64,000 nucleotides of DNA. Source: Eledone cirrhosa (lineage: Eukaryota). Every line of letters begins with the position of its first letter. The stretch's first letter is position 1. The translations under genes were made by a program, and so were the position numbers. Where the stretch lies: assembly GCA_964016885.1 (NCBI GenBank), contig OZ024740.1, forward strand, positions 398,536,001 through 398,600,000, written 5' to 3'. A model generated the notes under the pieces. It saw only the letters and a list, made by a program, of their open reading frames with translations. It searched no databases and was not told the origin of the DNA. Shown here one piece after another: positions 63,714 to 64,000 of the stretch.

Positions 63714-64000
63714 TGTCCCCGAAAAATGTATACACACTTTGATTACCTGTATAGGCAATATATATATTAGAATGGTGTATACATTTTTAGGGACACCGGT
63801 ATATATATATATATGGTGTCCCCGAAAAATGTATGCACACTTGGATTACCTGTACAGGCAATATATATATATTAGAATGGTGTATACATTTTTAGGGAGC
63901 CGGTATATATATATATATATATATATATGGTGTCCCCAAAAATGTATACACACTTTGATTACCTGTACAAGCAATATATATATTTAAATGGTGTATACAT
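61545..64000. repeat. Tandem array of about 22 palindromic MITE-like units (about 90 bp) separated by variable (TA)n
   Basis: Unit: ggtgtccccgaaaaatgtatacac...gtgtatacatttttagggaccccggta. The ends resemble Tc1/mariner TA-CAGGGTGTCCC TIRs. Confidence 0.92.

Noticed and set aside
61545-64000. CRISPR-like repeat-spacer appearance
   Set aside because: Repeats are about 90 bp, spacers are only (TA)n, there are no cas genes and the context is eukaryotic.

Overview
This is AT-rich animal genomic DNA, most likely from a cephalopod (Octopus-like; inferred from the SINE families and the huge (TA)n tracts, not proven). It holds one host gene: the large 3' coding exon of a Snail-family C2H2 transcription factor (about 18663-19906, +). 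I could not find its SNAG-bearing first exon in the window. The rest is (TA)n microsatellite packed with mobile DNA: Penelope-like elements (PLEs; Naiad-type and Neptune-type, RT plus GIY-YIG), RTE, CR1-like and R4/Dong LINE remnants, tRNA-derived SINEs, a non-autonomous Helitron, a mariner remnant and a MITE-derived satellite with higher-order structure. Three observations stand out. (1) About ten distinct families of minimal hammerhead-ribozyme (HHR) motifs occur, many in small foldback elements whose symmetry axis lies in or next to the ribozyme. (2) One RTE copy carries a dense cluster of sense-strand A-to-G changes, resembling an ADAR-hyper-edited RNA written back into DNA. (3) Three diverged Naiad copies share an in-frame TAA, and the reading frame after it still looks conserved. 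Almost all long ORFs in the supplied track are (TA)n artefacts. All structures and alignments were done by eye.
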